Source: an uncultured Legionellales bacterium | Lineage (GTDB): Bacteria; Pseudomonadota; Gammaproteobacteria; UBA1113 | Assembly: GCA_945957175.1 (NCBI GenBank) | Contig: CAMFJL010000011.1 | Span: 3,830-67,829, forward strand | Direction: 5' to 3' | DNA: 64,000 nucleotides | Part shown: positions 13,057 through 22,963 of the stretch, piece by piece | Position numbering within the stretch: the first letter of the stretch is position 1 | Layout of the letters: each line of letters opens with the position of its first letter | Position numbers and translations under genes: made by a program | Notes under the pieces: model-generated | Databases searched by the model: none | What the model was told of the DNA's origin: nothing | What the model saw: the letters and a program-made list of their open reading frames with translations, nothing else

Positions 13057-13364
13057 AAATCAATGCCCGGGTGACAATGAGGCAAGTATTCTATCAGACT
13101 GACATAAGATTGCAAGCACTTTTTTATCTATCTTAAAATACGCTTAAAATCTCCTTTTGCGTTTAAAAAATATGTCCTATTTATGTATACAGATTGCCTA
13201 GACTCGTGAAATAAGAGACCACAATACGCTCATCCTGTCTGTACGGGCCGACATAAGGCCCGCCCCTACAGGCGTATGTCTGTCATTTTCTCGCATTTTT
13301 AATGATCCCAAGTATACTATCGTCATGGATTAATTATATTCACGGCAGATAAGGAGCTTACAAA

Positions 13365-14993
13365 ATGTACACCAGCATTATCAATGACGGACTTGCGTTC
13401 ATTGAAGGCTTTGCACTTATCGTCTCCCCCTGCATCCTACCCATACTGCCCATCATATTGGCCGGTGGACTGAGCGGTGGCCGTAAGAGACCGCTGGGCA
13501 TTATGATTGGCTTCACGCTATTTTTTGCTTTATTTACGTTACTATCTAGCACTATTATCCGACATATTGGGGTTAACTTTACGTGGATACAACATATTTC
13601 TTATCTGCTTATCGGACTTTTTGGGATAGTGCTAATCTTTGATACATTATCATTTCAATTTAGTCGCATAACCCAAAAACTTGCCGATAAAAGTGGACAG
13701 TATGCTGATAAACGCTATCAAGACGGCTTGTGGAGTGGGGTTTTATTTGGCGCATTAGTGAGCTTAATTTGGGTTCCTTGTGGTGGCCCCATTTTAGCTG
13801 CAGCCATAGTAAGTATGGCCGTGCAGAAAACACTATGGCAAAGCTTTATCACTTTTTTATTTTTTGCTTTAGGCTCCGTATTGCCTATGGTGCTGATTGT
13901 GTTGTTAGGTAAAAAGCTTATGAATAAAGTTACCTTCTTTAAAAGACATGGCAGCATATTACGTAAAATCTTGGGCATTATTATTGTTATCATGGCCTTA
14001 CTTCTTAGTTTAAACAGTAACGCAATTACATGGCTCACCGGTGGTAACACCGCTTCTTCTACGCTCAAGACGGATAACCATTTGATAGATGCACTTAATA
14101 TTCCCTATGCAGCGCCACCACTTAACAGTGATACAGTTTGGTTAAACTCCGCGCCACTGACCATCGATCAGCTCAAAGGGAAGGTTGTACTTGTCGATTT
14201 TTGGACTTACTCATGCATTAATTGCGTTCGCACCTTACCGTATTTACGTGACTGGTATCAAAAATATCACAATGATGGTTTGGTGATCATTGGTGTACAT
14301 GCACCGGAGTTTGAATTTGAAAAAAGTGTTGCGAATGTTAAGCAAGCCATTCAGCAATATCATATTACCTATCCGGTTGTACTCGATAATCATTATATCA
14401 TTTGGCAAAATTATCAAAATGCTTATTGGCCTGCCCATTATTTAATTAATAAACAAGGACAAGTGGTATACCAACATTTTGGTGAGGGCGATTACTCAGA
14501 AACTGAGCATAATATTCAAGTGCTGCTTGGCCTTAATCAGGTAAATAAAGCTAAAAATCCCGCAGAAGCGCAATCAGCTTTACAGCAAACACCAGAAACG
14601 TATTTGGGTTATGAAAGAGCTCAGCGTTATCAAGGTGCACCTGAGCTTAATATCGATACGAATGTATCCTATCAATTACCTACGGCACTGGCTTTAAATG
14701 CCTGGGCTCTGCAAGGTCTATGGTCGATCCACCCACAATATATTGCGTCTTTAGCAGCTAACAATCGTATTCAACTTCACTTTGTCGCCCAGCACGTTTA
14801 CATGGTCATGGGGAAACAAGGAGATAAACCTGTTCATGCCGACGTATGGTTGAATGGTAAGCTAGTCAATCGCCTAGTTATCGATCGGCAGAATCTATAT
14901 CCGGTACTCGATCTCCCTAGCTCACAGCAAGGCGAATTGACCATCCATTTTGCCGAACCCGGAGTTAATGTGTATACCTTTACATTTGGCTAG
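13365..14993 (+). CDS. DipZ-like fusion protein. The N-terminal half is a CcdA/DsbD-type membrane thiol-disulfide transporter. The C-terminal half is a thioredoxin-like domain plus an extra domain.
   Basis: The N-terminal 230 aa are polytopic membrane with conserved Cys residues (VSPCILPIL, WVPCGGPIL). The C-terminal half carries FWTYSCINCVRTLP (CxxC) in a thioredoxin-like context. Confidence 0.75.
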   Translation: MYTSIINDGLAFIEGFALIVSPCILPILPIILAGGLSGGRKRPLGIMIGFTLFFALFTLLSSTIIRHIGVNFTWIQHISYLLIGLFGIVLIFDTLSFQFSRITQKLADKSGQYADKRYQDGLWSGVLFGALVSLIWVPCGGPILAAAIVSMAVQKTLWQSFITFLFFALGSVLPMVLIVLLGKKLMNKVTFFKRHGSILRKILGIIIVIMALLLSLNSNAITWLTGGNTASSTLKTDNHLIDALNIPYAAPPLNSDTVWLNSAPLTIDQLKGKVVLVDFWTYSCINCVRTLPYLRDWYQKYHNDGLVIIGVHAPEFEFEKSVANVKQAIQQYHITYPVVLDNHYIIWQNYQNAYWPAHYLINKQGQVVYQHFGEGDYSETEHNIQVLLGLNQVNKAKNPAEAQSALQQTPETYLGYERAQRYQGAPELNIDTNVSYQLPTALALNAWALQGLWSIHPQYIASLAANNRIQLHFVAQHVYMVMGKQGDKPVHADVWLNGKLVNRLVIDRQNLYPVLDLPSSQQGELTIHFAEPGVNVYTFTFG

Positions 14994-15085
14994 CACACAG
15001 GCATTGTGGCGGGACAGCAGGCCAACATACGGCGAAAGGTATTGCTCAATTAAGACACGAAGCTTATACTTCGCAGCTAATAATC

Positions 15086-16114
15086 ATGAGAGCTTATGTC
15101 ATGTCCGCAGCAACCGATGTACACCGCACGACTTTACTCAATGCCTGGCTCGGCAATCAAGGCTTTGACCTGCAGTCATTAATCGCGCTGACGGGTGATG
15201 CCAGCTTTCGCCGCTATTTCCGCATTCAGCGCGATAACCGCAGCTATGTTGTCATGGATGCACCACCCGCTCATGAGAAACCACAAGCGTTTTATGATCT
15301 CGCCAAGACCTTAGCGAATCACAGCATTCACACCCCCCAAATCCATGATGTCAATCTCGACGAAGGATGGCTTGTTATCGATGATTTTGGTGATCAGCTA
15401 TTAAGTCATGTCATTGATACGCCGGATGCTTTACCACGGTATCAACAAGCAATACATCTTGCTGCAACATTATTACAAATACCTGTTGACAAAACATTAC
15501 CTGCATTTGACGCGGCAATGCAATTGACCGAATTAAAGCTCTTTTGCGATTGGTTTATTGAAACGCATCTTGGTTATACTATCTCACATGCTGAATACGC
15601 TTTACTCACCCAAAGCTATGAACAAATTATTCAAAGATTATTGCGTCAACCACAAGTTTTTGTACATCGTGATTTTCATTGCCGTAATCTGATGATATTA
15701 CCAAAAACACTGGGTGTTATTGATTTTCAAGATGCTGTGACAGGTCCTTATACCTATGATTTAGTGAGTTTACTCAAAGATGCCTATACAAGTTATGCTT
15801 ACCAACAAAGTGATATCTTCACGACCTTATTTTGGGATGCCATGCCAACAGAACTGAGAAATAGGCTCACCTACCAGCAATATCTTGATGATATCCGTTG
15901 GACCGGTATTCAAAGACATCTTAAAGTGATTGGTATTTTTGCAAGACTTTATCGTCGTGATGGCAAAAGCACTTATCTTAATGATATTCCCCTGGTTTTT
16001 CGCTATTTAATGGATGCACTTGAAAAAACACCTGAGCTTAGTCAATTATATAACTGGCTTGAAAAGAAAATTTTGCCTCATTATCAACAACAACTTAATC
16101 TAATACACGCATGA
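15086..16114 (+). CDS. amgK: Aminoglycoside-phosphotransferase-fold kinase, AmgK-like (anomeric MurNAc/GlcNAc kinase)
   Basis: APH-family motifs (HRDFHCRNLM, VIDFQDA). It overlaps the next gene by 4 nt (ATGA), and that gene is a nucleotidyltransferase. This is the conserved AmgK-MurU pair. Confidence 0.7.
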   Translation: MRAYVMSAATDVHRTTLLNAWLGNQGFDLQSLIALTGDASFRRYFRIQRDNRSYVVMDAPPAHEKPQAFYDLAKTLANHSIHTPQIHDVNLDEGWLVIDDFGDQLLSHVIDTPDALPRYQQAIHLAATLLQIPVDKTLPAFDAAMQLTELKLFCDWFIETHLGYTISHAEYALLTQSYEQIIQRLLRQPQVFVHRDFHCRNLMILPKTLGVIDFQDAVTGPYTYDLVSLLKDAYTSYAYQQSDIFTTLFWDAMPTELRNRLTYQQYLDDIRWTGIQRHLKVIGIFARLYRRDGKSTYLNDIPLVFRYLMDALEKTPELSQLYNWLEKKILPHYQQQLNLIHA

Positions 16115-16761
16115 AAGCAATGATAGTTGCCGCAGGTCGCGGTGAGAGATTACGACCTATTACAGATGATACACCCAAACCTTTGGTTCAAGTAAAAGGA
16201 AAATCTCTGATTGTTCATCATTTATTGGCACTTGCCAAAATTGGCGTCACTGATGTAGTGATTAATGTGTGTTATCGCAGCAATCAAATTATGAGCATGT
16301 TAGGTGATGGACATGATTTTGGCTTAACTATTCACTACTCACCAGAGGAAACCATGCTTGGTGTTGGCGGTGGCATGGTCAATGCACGCGATTTATTGGG
16401 CAGCCAGCCCTTTATTTTAATTAGCGCTGATATTTTTAGTGATTATCCTTTGGAAAATCTACGTCTATTGCCGAATCAATTGGCACATTTAGTTTTGGTT
16501 AACAATCAGCAAGATCACCCACTTGGCGATTTTGGCTTAGTGGATGGTTATCTTAGCCAAGACACACAGCCCAAATTAACCTATGGTGGCATTGCGATAG
16601 TACACCCTTCTTTATTGCAGAACCATCCCATCAAAGCGCAAGGCATTGTACCCATCATCGCTAACGCTATTCATGCTGGCCAAGTCAGCGGCGAACACTA
16701 TCTTGGCCACTGGTATAACATAAGCAGCATTGCCGAGCTTAACGCAGCCAATGCTGAATAA
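16111..16761 (+). CDS. murU: Sugar-1-phosphate nucleotidyltransferase, MurU-like
   Basis: MKAMIVAAGRGERLRPITDDTPKPLVQV is the N-terminal nucleotidyltransferase G-rich loop. It is translationally coupled to the upstream kinase. Confidence 0.7.
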   Translation: MKAMIVAAGRGERLRPITDDTPKPLVQVKGKSLIVHHLLALAKIGVTDVVINVCYRSNQIMSMLGDGHDFGLTIHYSPEETMLGVGGGMVNARDLLGSQPFILISADIFSDYPLENLRLLPNQLAHLVLVNNQQDHPLGDFGLVDGYLSQDTQPKLTYGGIAIVHPSLLQNHPIKAQGIVPIIANAIHAGQVSGEHYLGHWYNISSIAELNAANAE

Positions 16762-16857
16762 TTGCTTTCACGGCTTGAAAAGCGAAAAGGCTTGCAGACC
16801 TTGCCCTTGATACGTTACAGTTGCACATCGATGATCTTCATAATTTAAGGACTGCTC

Positions 16858-17574
16858 GTGACTCGACTGCGCCCCCTCGCTGTTGCTTTGTCAGCGCTAT
16901 TACTCACAGCCTGTGCCAATAAACCTTCGGTTTATACCAGTGCTTGGCCTGCCAGCGCAACAACGGGCGTTGTTGTTGGTGGCTTTGCAGGGGCTGCGAC
17001 AGGTGCCGCCATCGGTGGAACGGGTGCAATACCACTTGGTGCGGTATTAGGTGCTGTGTTAGGTGGTGGCATTGGTGCTGCAGTTAATCAACCAAAAGCA
17101 ACGCAAGCGCTTGAAAACGCAGGCATTCAAGTGATTCAACTCGGCGATTTAGTTGAAGTTATCCTGCCTGCTGATCTCATGTTTGAAGCCAATAGCACTG
17201 AAGTGAAAGAAAGTGCTTATCCATTGCTTGATCAAGTCATCGCGATTCTCAATCGTTTCTGCCAAATTGATATTAAAGCTGTTGGACATAGTGATATTGT
17301 CGGCACGAATGCCCAACAAATTTCATTCTCAAAACTACAAGCACAAAGTATTGTAACCTACTTATGGACACATGGCATTCCACTCAATCGCTTGAGTTTT
17401 GTTGGTGTAGGCACACATGATGATGTTGCAACTTATAACAGTGTTTATGGTAATGGTTACAATCGCCGGATTGTGCTGATCTTTTGGCGAACAATGAATA
17501 CACCGAGCAATTGCAAGGCACCCGCGACACCGCAATTATCACCCTTTGTAGGGCCCGGCACTGGGTACGGCTAA
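16858..17574 (+). CDS. OmpA-domain lipoprotein with a glycine-zipper segment
   Basis: GTG start. The lipobox is LLLTAC. A Gly/Ala-rich zipper (GGFAGAATGAAIGGTGAIPLGAVLGAVLGGGIGAAV) precedes a C-terminal OmpA-like peptidoglycan-binding region. Confidence 0.7.
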   Translation: MTRLRPLAVALSALLLTACANKPSVYTSAWPASATTGVVVGGFAGAATGAAIGGTGAIPLGAVLGAVLGGGIGAAVNQPKATQALENAGIQVIQLGDLVEVILPADLMFEANSTEVKESAYPLLDQVIAILNRFCQIDIKAVGHSDIVGTNAQQISFSKLQAQSIVTYLWTHGIPLNRLSFVGVGTHDDVATYNSVYGNGYNRRIVLIFWRTMNTPSNCKAPATPQLSPFVGPGTGYG

Positions 17575-17621
17575 TATATCCACAGATAAACATCTTCGCA
17601 GATCGAGAGACGAGGCGTCTA

Positions 17622-18596
17622 TCACGCGCGTTCCCATGGGAATGCGATAACATCAGCAAGACGTTTAGCATTAAGCGCACACATAATAAGCCTATCCACC
17701 CCCAAAGCAACGCCCGCACAATCGGGTAAACCATAGTCTAATGCTGCGAGTAAATGCTCATCTATAGGGATCAGCGGCTCGCCTAAGACTTCACGCTTGG
17801 CTAAATCGTCTTGAAACCTTGCACGTTGCTCAGAAGCGTCACTTAACTCATAAAAACCATTCGCCAACTCAACCCCTTGCCAATACACTTCAAAGCGGGC
17901 AGCAACGGGCGGATCACCAGGCAAGATACGTGCCAATGCCGCTTGGCTTGCAGGAAAATCAATGATAACCGTAGGCACATTGGGCTCTAACTGCCGTTCA
18001 ATGACTTCGGTCATAAGTAATTGCAGACAAAGATCAAAATCTTGTAAATCAGCATTCACCGTATCTACTTGATATTTAGCTAAACAATCATGTAATACCG
18101 ATAGGCTGACATGATGTGGATCAATCTGCACACTATTTTTAAAAGCTTGCGCATATGTCATGATAACGGGCGCAGGTGCATCTGCAATTTCAGTTAACAA
18201 TGCCAGGACTTCGGTTAATAATTGTTTATGATCAAAACCCAGGCGATACCATTCTAGCATGGTAAATTCAGGATTATGATAACGGCCTGACTCTCCATCA
18301 CGAAAAGCTTTACTCATTTGATAAATACAACCGCTGCCTGCAGCTAACATACGCTTCATCGCATACTCGGGTGATGTTTGTAAATAGCCTAACAATGCAG
18401 CACCACCTGGTGGATGATATTCACTAGTCATGGATACAATATAAGGATTGCTCACGCCGGCTTGTGACCAAACCGGTGTTTCAACTTCCATAACGCCGCG
18501 CTTCGCAAAAAAATGGCGAATATTCGCTATCATTATCGCGCGTTGTTTTAATGTTTCAATACTTGCCGTTGGTTGCCACACGTATGCATTATGCAT
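17622..18596 (-). CDS. epmA: Elongation factor P--(R)-beta-lysine ligase (GenX/PoxA)
   Basis: A truncated LysRS class II catalytic core: ...WQPTASIETLKQRAIMIANIRHFFAKRGVMEVETP...YHNPEFTMLEWY...FEVYWQGVELANGF...GVALGVDRL. The start is chosen at MHNAYVWQP, which gives no overlap with dotL. Confidence 0.88.
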   Translation of the reverse strand: MHNAYVWQPTASIETLKQRAIMIANIRHFFAKRGVMEVETPVWSQAGVSNPYIVSMTSEYHPPGGAALLGYLQTSPEYAMKRMLAAGSGCIYQMSKAFRDGESGRYHNPEFTMLEWYRLGFDHKQLLTEVLALLTEIADAPAPVIMTYAQAFKNSVQIDPHHVSLSVLHDCLAKYQVDTVNADLQDFDLCLQLLMTEVIERQLEPNVPTVIIDFPASQAALARILPGDPPVAARFEVYWQGVELANGFYELSDASEQRARFQDDLAKREVLGEPLIPIDEHLLAALDYGLPDCAGVALGVDRLIMCALNAKRLADVIAFPWERA

Positions 18597-20946
18597 TTTG
18601 TTGCTCATTCTGCTCTCGAATGACGTCTGCAATACGTGTCGTCATACCTTGTACTTGATGGACTAACTCCTCAATATCGGGTTGAGAGAGTGCTAATGGT
18701 GGATAATAGGTACCTGTTTGCATATCACGCAAGAGATCTTCAGCGACAGCCCTCGCTTGTATTGAGCTTCTACCTGCAATTTTCTCAACTAATTCAATCT
18801 TACCGCGAATATCTGTACGGCGTAAAATAGGACTTGCAAAATCATTGAGCTTATTACCCACAAGCTTAGCGATATTAGGATCAATGTGACGGTACGGCGT
18901 AAAAATATTAAGCTCGTCATCAGGGAATTCTTCTTCCAATTCGGGCTCTACAACTTCTGGCATATTCTCTGCAATATACGTACCAATAATTGCGTCTGCC
19001 ACTTGCTCATAATCACTTTCCTCTCCTACAAAATTATCAATCAGTGATTGTAGCTCTTCATTATAAACAACGCGTTCTCCGATTTGATCGGCTGTTAGCA
19101 ACGCCTGTTTAAATAACTCACCACGACGTTCAAATTCAGCTAGTAAACTAGTAAGCGGTGCATCAACTCGCAGTTGATGATTAAGGCGCATTTCTTTAAT
19201 CGGCGGAGGTGCCGCGTAAAACATCCTTGCTCTAATAATTTTCGATTTGAAAAAGATATGTGCTTCACCTTCACGTTGTTCTTTTAAATCAAGCAAATCA
19301 ACCCGAGCTCTTTTTTCAGCAGAGGCACTTCGTGTATCCATGTAATTATTCATTAAACTTTCAGGTCGCGTTTGAAAAGCATCTACTTTGGTAACATACG
19401 ATTCACCCGCTGTTTTTGAGAAGAAGTCCCAGGTTTCAATTGGATCTTCGAGTTTCATTGCAATTTTAATATTGGTATTTGCACCAATAGATGCGGCTTC
19501 TTCTTTCGATGCTTTTTGAAATGCGGGTAAATCTTGTCCCGCAAAAATGGCAGAGAAGCCCAGCGAACGTGCCTGAGCTGGCACAACGGCGAAACCTTCT
19601 ACTGCATAATAACCATATTCATCAAGAATACACATAAAAGGTGAGTCAGAATTAGTTGGTTTTCTTTGAATTAATTCGCGATAAGTACCTTCAACATCAC
19701 TACCAAGACCCGAAGCCATCATCGCCTTAAGTGTTGAGATAATGATTTTTCCAAGACTCGATAATTCCGCTGGTGCTTTTTCAAGTGCCGGTAATAATAC
19801 GACCAAAATGCGGCGATTTAAAACCACATCTCGTAAATCCACTTCTGCACGTTTAACCCGCAAGATATGACCATAAGTATCTGCAAGCGAGGTAAATACC
19901 CGTGTTAGCTGCATCGTAATATAGCCATGCTGTTCAAGTGTTTGTGATCCTTGTTTACCCTTCTTGTTCCTATCATAACCTGGCAAAGTCAGTAAAAAGT
20001 TTGATAATGGTTCGGCGACAACACTTGGAATTCCTTCAATATTGACAGATTCTTGATTATCACGAGGAAAACTTTTATCAATGATAATTTGTTCAATACG
20101 CTCTAAGTGGAAATAGTTACGAATAATATTTGCATCAAGTAAAATATGTCCGGAATCTCGCATATAAACCAGCATCTTCATCAATGCCTCAACGAAAGAT
20201 ATAGCACGACCCTTCCACATATCACCATCAGGTGACTGCGATGCTGAGTCCATCATACTGACAACTAATTGCGATAACATGCTCGATGAGCCTAATGCAA
20301 ATGGATTTAACGTATTTGATAATCGTTTCTCTTGTGGGCCAAAAACGTCCCTTGCTCCTGTCATAAAATTGACAAGCAAAATATCATCTTCTCGCCCCAT
20401 TGATCGCGCCATAGAGAAAATTTTAGCAAATAACGCATTATCCCCTTTACCATCTACATAAATAAAGCCACTGGCAAAAAGCAAGGCATTATAAGATAAA
20501 GATACCAACGCTTCTGTTTTACCAGAACCAGTTGAACCAAAAATAAGAACGTGCGTACGCATGTCATCATTTGTAAACCAAAGTTCTTCACTACTGCGGC
20601 GATCATTACCAAAATAACAAATACCTCTTGCTTTTCTTGGTTTATTACTGCCAGGTAAGGGATCATTATAATCTGGCTGGCCTGAGGCTTGTGGCATACG
20701 GAAAGGCAATGTTAATTTACGCGTATACGTGTAGAGAAATAAGCAAAATCCTATGAGGGTAAGCAAATCTGCTATTTGAGGTAATATAATCATACTGACC
20801 GCTATGACACCCAACAGCACGATAGTATTAAAAGGATCACTTAAAAAATCACTGATGCGCTGCCCTAGCGTACGCGTATCCCGAATAAGCTGTAGCTGAT
20901 CTTGTTCATGTCTTTGATCAAGACCACGTTGCCTGTACTTAGCCAT
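18589..20946 (-). CDS. dotL: Type IVB secretion coupling protein DotL/IcmO (TraD/VirD4-like ATPase)
   Basis: 785 aa with N-terminal TM helices, LPFRMPQ, Walker A GSTGSGKTE and a long acidic C-terminal tail. It lies beside dotM/icmP. Confidence 0.85.
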   Translation of the reverse strand: MAKYRQRGLDQRHEQDQLQLIRDTRTLGQRISDFLSDPFNTIVLLGVIAVSMIILPQIADLLTLIGFCLFLYTYTRKLTLPFRMPQASGQPDYNDPLPGSNKPRKARGICYFGNDRRSSEELWFTNDDMRTHVLIFGSTGSGKTEALVSLSYNALLFASGFIYVDGKGDNALFAKIFSMARSMGREDDILLVNFMTGARDVFGPQEKRLSNTLNPFALGSSSMLSQLVVSMMDSASQSPDGDMWKGRAISFVEALMKMLVYMRDSGHILLDANIIRNYFHLERIEQIIIDKSFPRDNQESVNIEGIPSVVAEPLSNFLLTLPGYDRNKKGKQGSQTLEQHGYITMQLTRVFTSLADTYGHILRVKRAEVDLRDVVLNRRILVVLLPALEKAPAELSSLGKIIISTLKAMMASGLGSDVEGTYRELIQRKPTNSDSPFMCILDEYGYYAVEGFAVVPAQARSLGFSAIFAGQDLPAFQKASKEEAASIGANTNIKIAMKLEDPIETWDFFSKTAGESYVTKVDAFQTRPESLMNNYMDTRSASAEKRARVDLLDLKEQREGEAHIFFKSKIIRARMFYAAPPPIKEMRLNHQLRVDAPLTSLLAEFERRGELFKQALLTADQIGERVVYNEELQSLIDNFVGEESDYEQVADAIIGTYIAENMPEVVEPELEEEFPDDELNIFTPYRHIDPNIAKLVGNKLNDFASPILRRTDIRGKIELVEKIAGRSSIQARAVAEDLLRDMQTGTYYPPLALSQPDIEELVHQVQGMTTRIADVIREQNEQQNA

Positions 20947-21006
20947 AGATATATGGGCTCCTCATCGCTGGCATCTCAATAACTGTGGTTCTTGGCGTAC
21001 CGAAAA

Positions 21007-22131
21007 TCATGATGCATTGTCCGGTTTATATATTATTTCAGCAATGGCTGACTCCAGCGCAATACTTGCCTCTTCCACCATGGGCAACACTAAAGCCTTA
21101 CCAATCGCTTGTTCAGCTAGCCAATGTGCCATTAGTCCTGCAATTTCAACAGGTGCTGTTTGCCGACCGACCGTATTGAGCATATACCACAAAGGTCTGT
21201 CGATAGGTTTTAACCATAAGAACTCTGCTGCAGCTAGTACACCATCACCTCTTGCGGCTTCTAACATAGACGCCATGACGATGAGCTCATGCGCATGTGC
21301 CGAGCATATTTTGTCAAGCGTTTTATCATGCAGGTATTTCTTCAATAAATTATCAGCCCCCACGAAGCTTGGTGCTTTACCACCGATTGTCGAGTTTGCA
21401 ATGGATTTTAACAGATCATTTGCAGGCGCTCTGTCCCCTTTAAATTTTGCGGCAAAAATAGCAAATAAGGCTCTCGCATGCGGTCTTAGTTTTGTTGGAC
21501 CTTGCCATGGCCTACCCAGCTGATTGGCAAAAATACGCGTTGCTTTGCCACGATTAATACTGGCTACAATTTTAATATCCTTTTGTAACCCTGATGTACC
21601 GACAGCTTCTCTATTTTCAATGAGTAATTTATGTTTTTTAGCAAACGCCATGGGTGTTTGAGCCATGGCCCAAGGCCCTTCATCTATAGGCTGTTGTAAT
21701 AAATTAAGGTGTAACACAGGTGTGATAAATGGCCAATTCGTTTTCTCTTGTTTTGCCAAAGTTGTCATATTGTGTGTCTTACGAAATCGATTTTTTGCAC
21801 TGGTTTTATATAACACACCTGCTAATAACACCATCAATGCTGTCGTTGGGATTGACAAATAGCGTCCAACCTCTTTGCACAACATCACAACTTGTCCAAA
21901 TTCAATAGAGGCCGGATCTGCATTGAGAATCGTATGTTTAATTGGTGCAGCACTATCCGTAAATAAGCTAATGAGCGAAAGCTCTGCCAATTTGACAGAA
22001 AAAATAAATCTAACAATAGGTGCGCGCTGATAATACCAGAGCACTAATATTAAAATGAAAACACCAATAATAATCCAGAAGAAACCCATGGAATTATCTT
22101 GACTGCCGCCTTGCTGTTGGGGTGGTGCCAT
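21007..22131 (-). CDS. dotM: Type IVB secretion protein DotM/IcmP
   Basis: 374-aa inner-membrane protein immediately upstream of dotL. Its size and position match IcmP. Confidence 0.7.
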   Translation of the reverse strand: MAPPQQQGGSQDNSMGFFWIIIGVFILILVLWYYQRAPIVRFIFSVKLAELSLISLFTDSAAPIKHTILNADPASIEFGQVVMLCKEVGRYLSIPTTALMVLLAGVLYKTSAKNRFRKTHNMTTLAKQEKTNWPFITPVLHLNLLQQPIDEGPWAMAQTPMAFAKKHKLLIENREAVGTSGLQKDIKIVASINRGKATRIFANQLGRPWQGPTKLRPHARALFAIFAAKFKGDRAPANDLLKSIANSTIGGKAPSFVGADNLLKKYLHDKTLDKICSAHAHELIVMASMLEAARGDGVLAAAEFLWLKPIDRPLWYMLNTVGRQTAPVEIAGLMAHWLAEQAIGKALVLPMVEEASIALESAIAEIIYKPDNAS

Positions 22132-22135
22132 GGTT

Positions 22136-22960
22136 TTATTTACCTCTATTTACGATCAGGCCATTTTCAATGAGATACTCTGTCTCAGCATACGTTAGTT
22201 TCTTAAGCTGATCTAAATCAACCGGCGCAAGCGTTAACAGCTGGCATTGCAGCTGTGGATCTTGTTTAACTCTACGCTGACTTGTAATATCTTGTTCATC
22301 TGTGATTGCAACCGCAATATATCCATAATTTTCCCCACGTAAACTGCGTTTCACATCTTCTTCATTAGCATAGACTGCCAAACCATGTTTTTCCGAGTCT
22401 CTTGCCGAATCAAGCAAAGTCTTTACCCAACTATGATCACTCTGTGGTAAAAGCAGTTGTGGTAATTGTCTGTGAAAAACTCGTACATAAACATATGTTA
22501 GATTTTTATGTGCTTTTTGAATATGCTCATGTTTACTTGAAACAATATCTTGATTTTCATGCTTTTGAGGAAACTTTTGCAATAAGGCATTTTCTAACGC
22601 ATTTAACTCATTAAGAATAACTGCGAATGCTGTTGATTTACCTTCATATAACTTTGTTAGCTTATTTACCATATTTTGTATAATATCTAAAAGGATGGCA
22701 TTATCATCCGTATCTTGGTGCGACAATGCTTGTGTAAAATCACTGAGCAAACTTTGCAATTGCTCAAGTGAAACACTGTCCTGTCGTTGCCGACGAAAAC
22801 CACCTTGCTCACCTTCTTGTTGGGGTGAAACACTTTTTATCCGCAACAAATTATCTAACATCCCAGTATGGCGCTTCGCCCAACTCAAGAGTATTTCAAC
22901 GGCCTCGTGATGCGTCAGTTCGTGATAAGCTTGTAATCGTGTTAGTTCTCTCATGGGCAT
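22136..22960 (-). CDS. Hypothetical Dot/Icm-associated protein in the icmR/icmQ position, possibly an IcmQ or FIR analogue
   Basis: A 274-aa hydrophilic, Q/E/L-rich ORF between icmS and icmP, spaced 4 nt and 3 nt from its neighbours. I could not recognise a family for it. Confidence 0.4.
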   Translation of the reverse strand: MPMRELTRLQAYHELTHHEAVEILLSWAKRHTGMLDNLLRIKSVSPQQEGEQGGFRRQRQDSVSLEQLQSLLSDFTQALSHQDTDDNAILLDIIQNMVNKLTKLYEGKSTAFAVILNELNALENALLQKFPQKHENQDIVSSKHEHIQKAHKNLTYVYVRVFHRQLPQLLLPQSDHSWVKTLLDSARDSEKHGLAVYANEEDVKRSLRGENYGYIAVAITDEQDITSQRRVKQDPQLQCQLLTLAPVDLDQLKKLTYAETEYLIENGLIVNRGK

Positions 22961-22963
22961 AAG

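Noticed and set aside
17384-17734. ORFs 17384..17734 (minus) and 17484..17729 (plus)
   Set aside because: They overlap the 3' ends of the convergent OmpA-like and epmA genes. The intergenic gap is only 47 bp, so there is no room for an independent gene.
18589-18632. Apparent 44-nt overlap between epmA and dotL
   Set aside because: It is resolved by starting epmA at the internal Met (MHNAYVWQP). That start aligns with the N-terminus of characterised EpmA proteins, leaves no overlap, and puts the start 7 nt from the dotL stop.
21017-21862. ORFs 21017..21523 and 21665..21862 on the plus strand within dotM
   Set aside because: They are antisense to the dotM reading frame and have no independent support.
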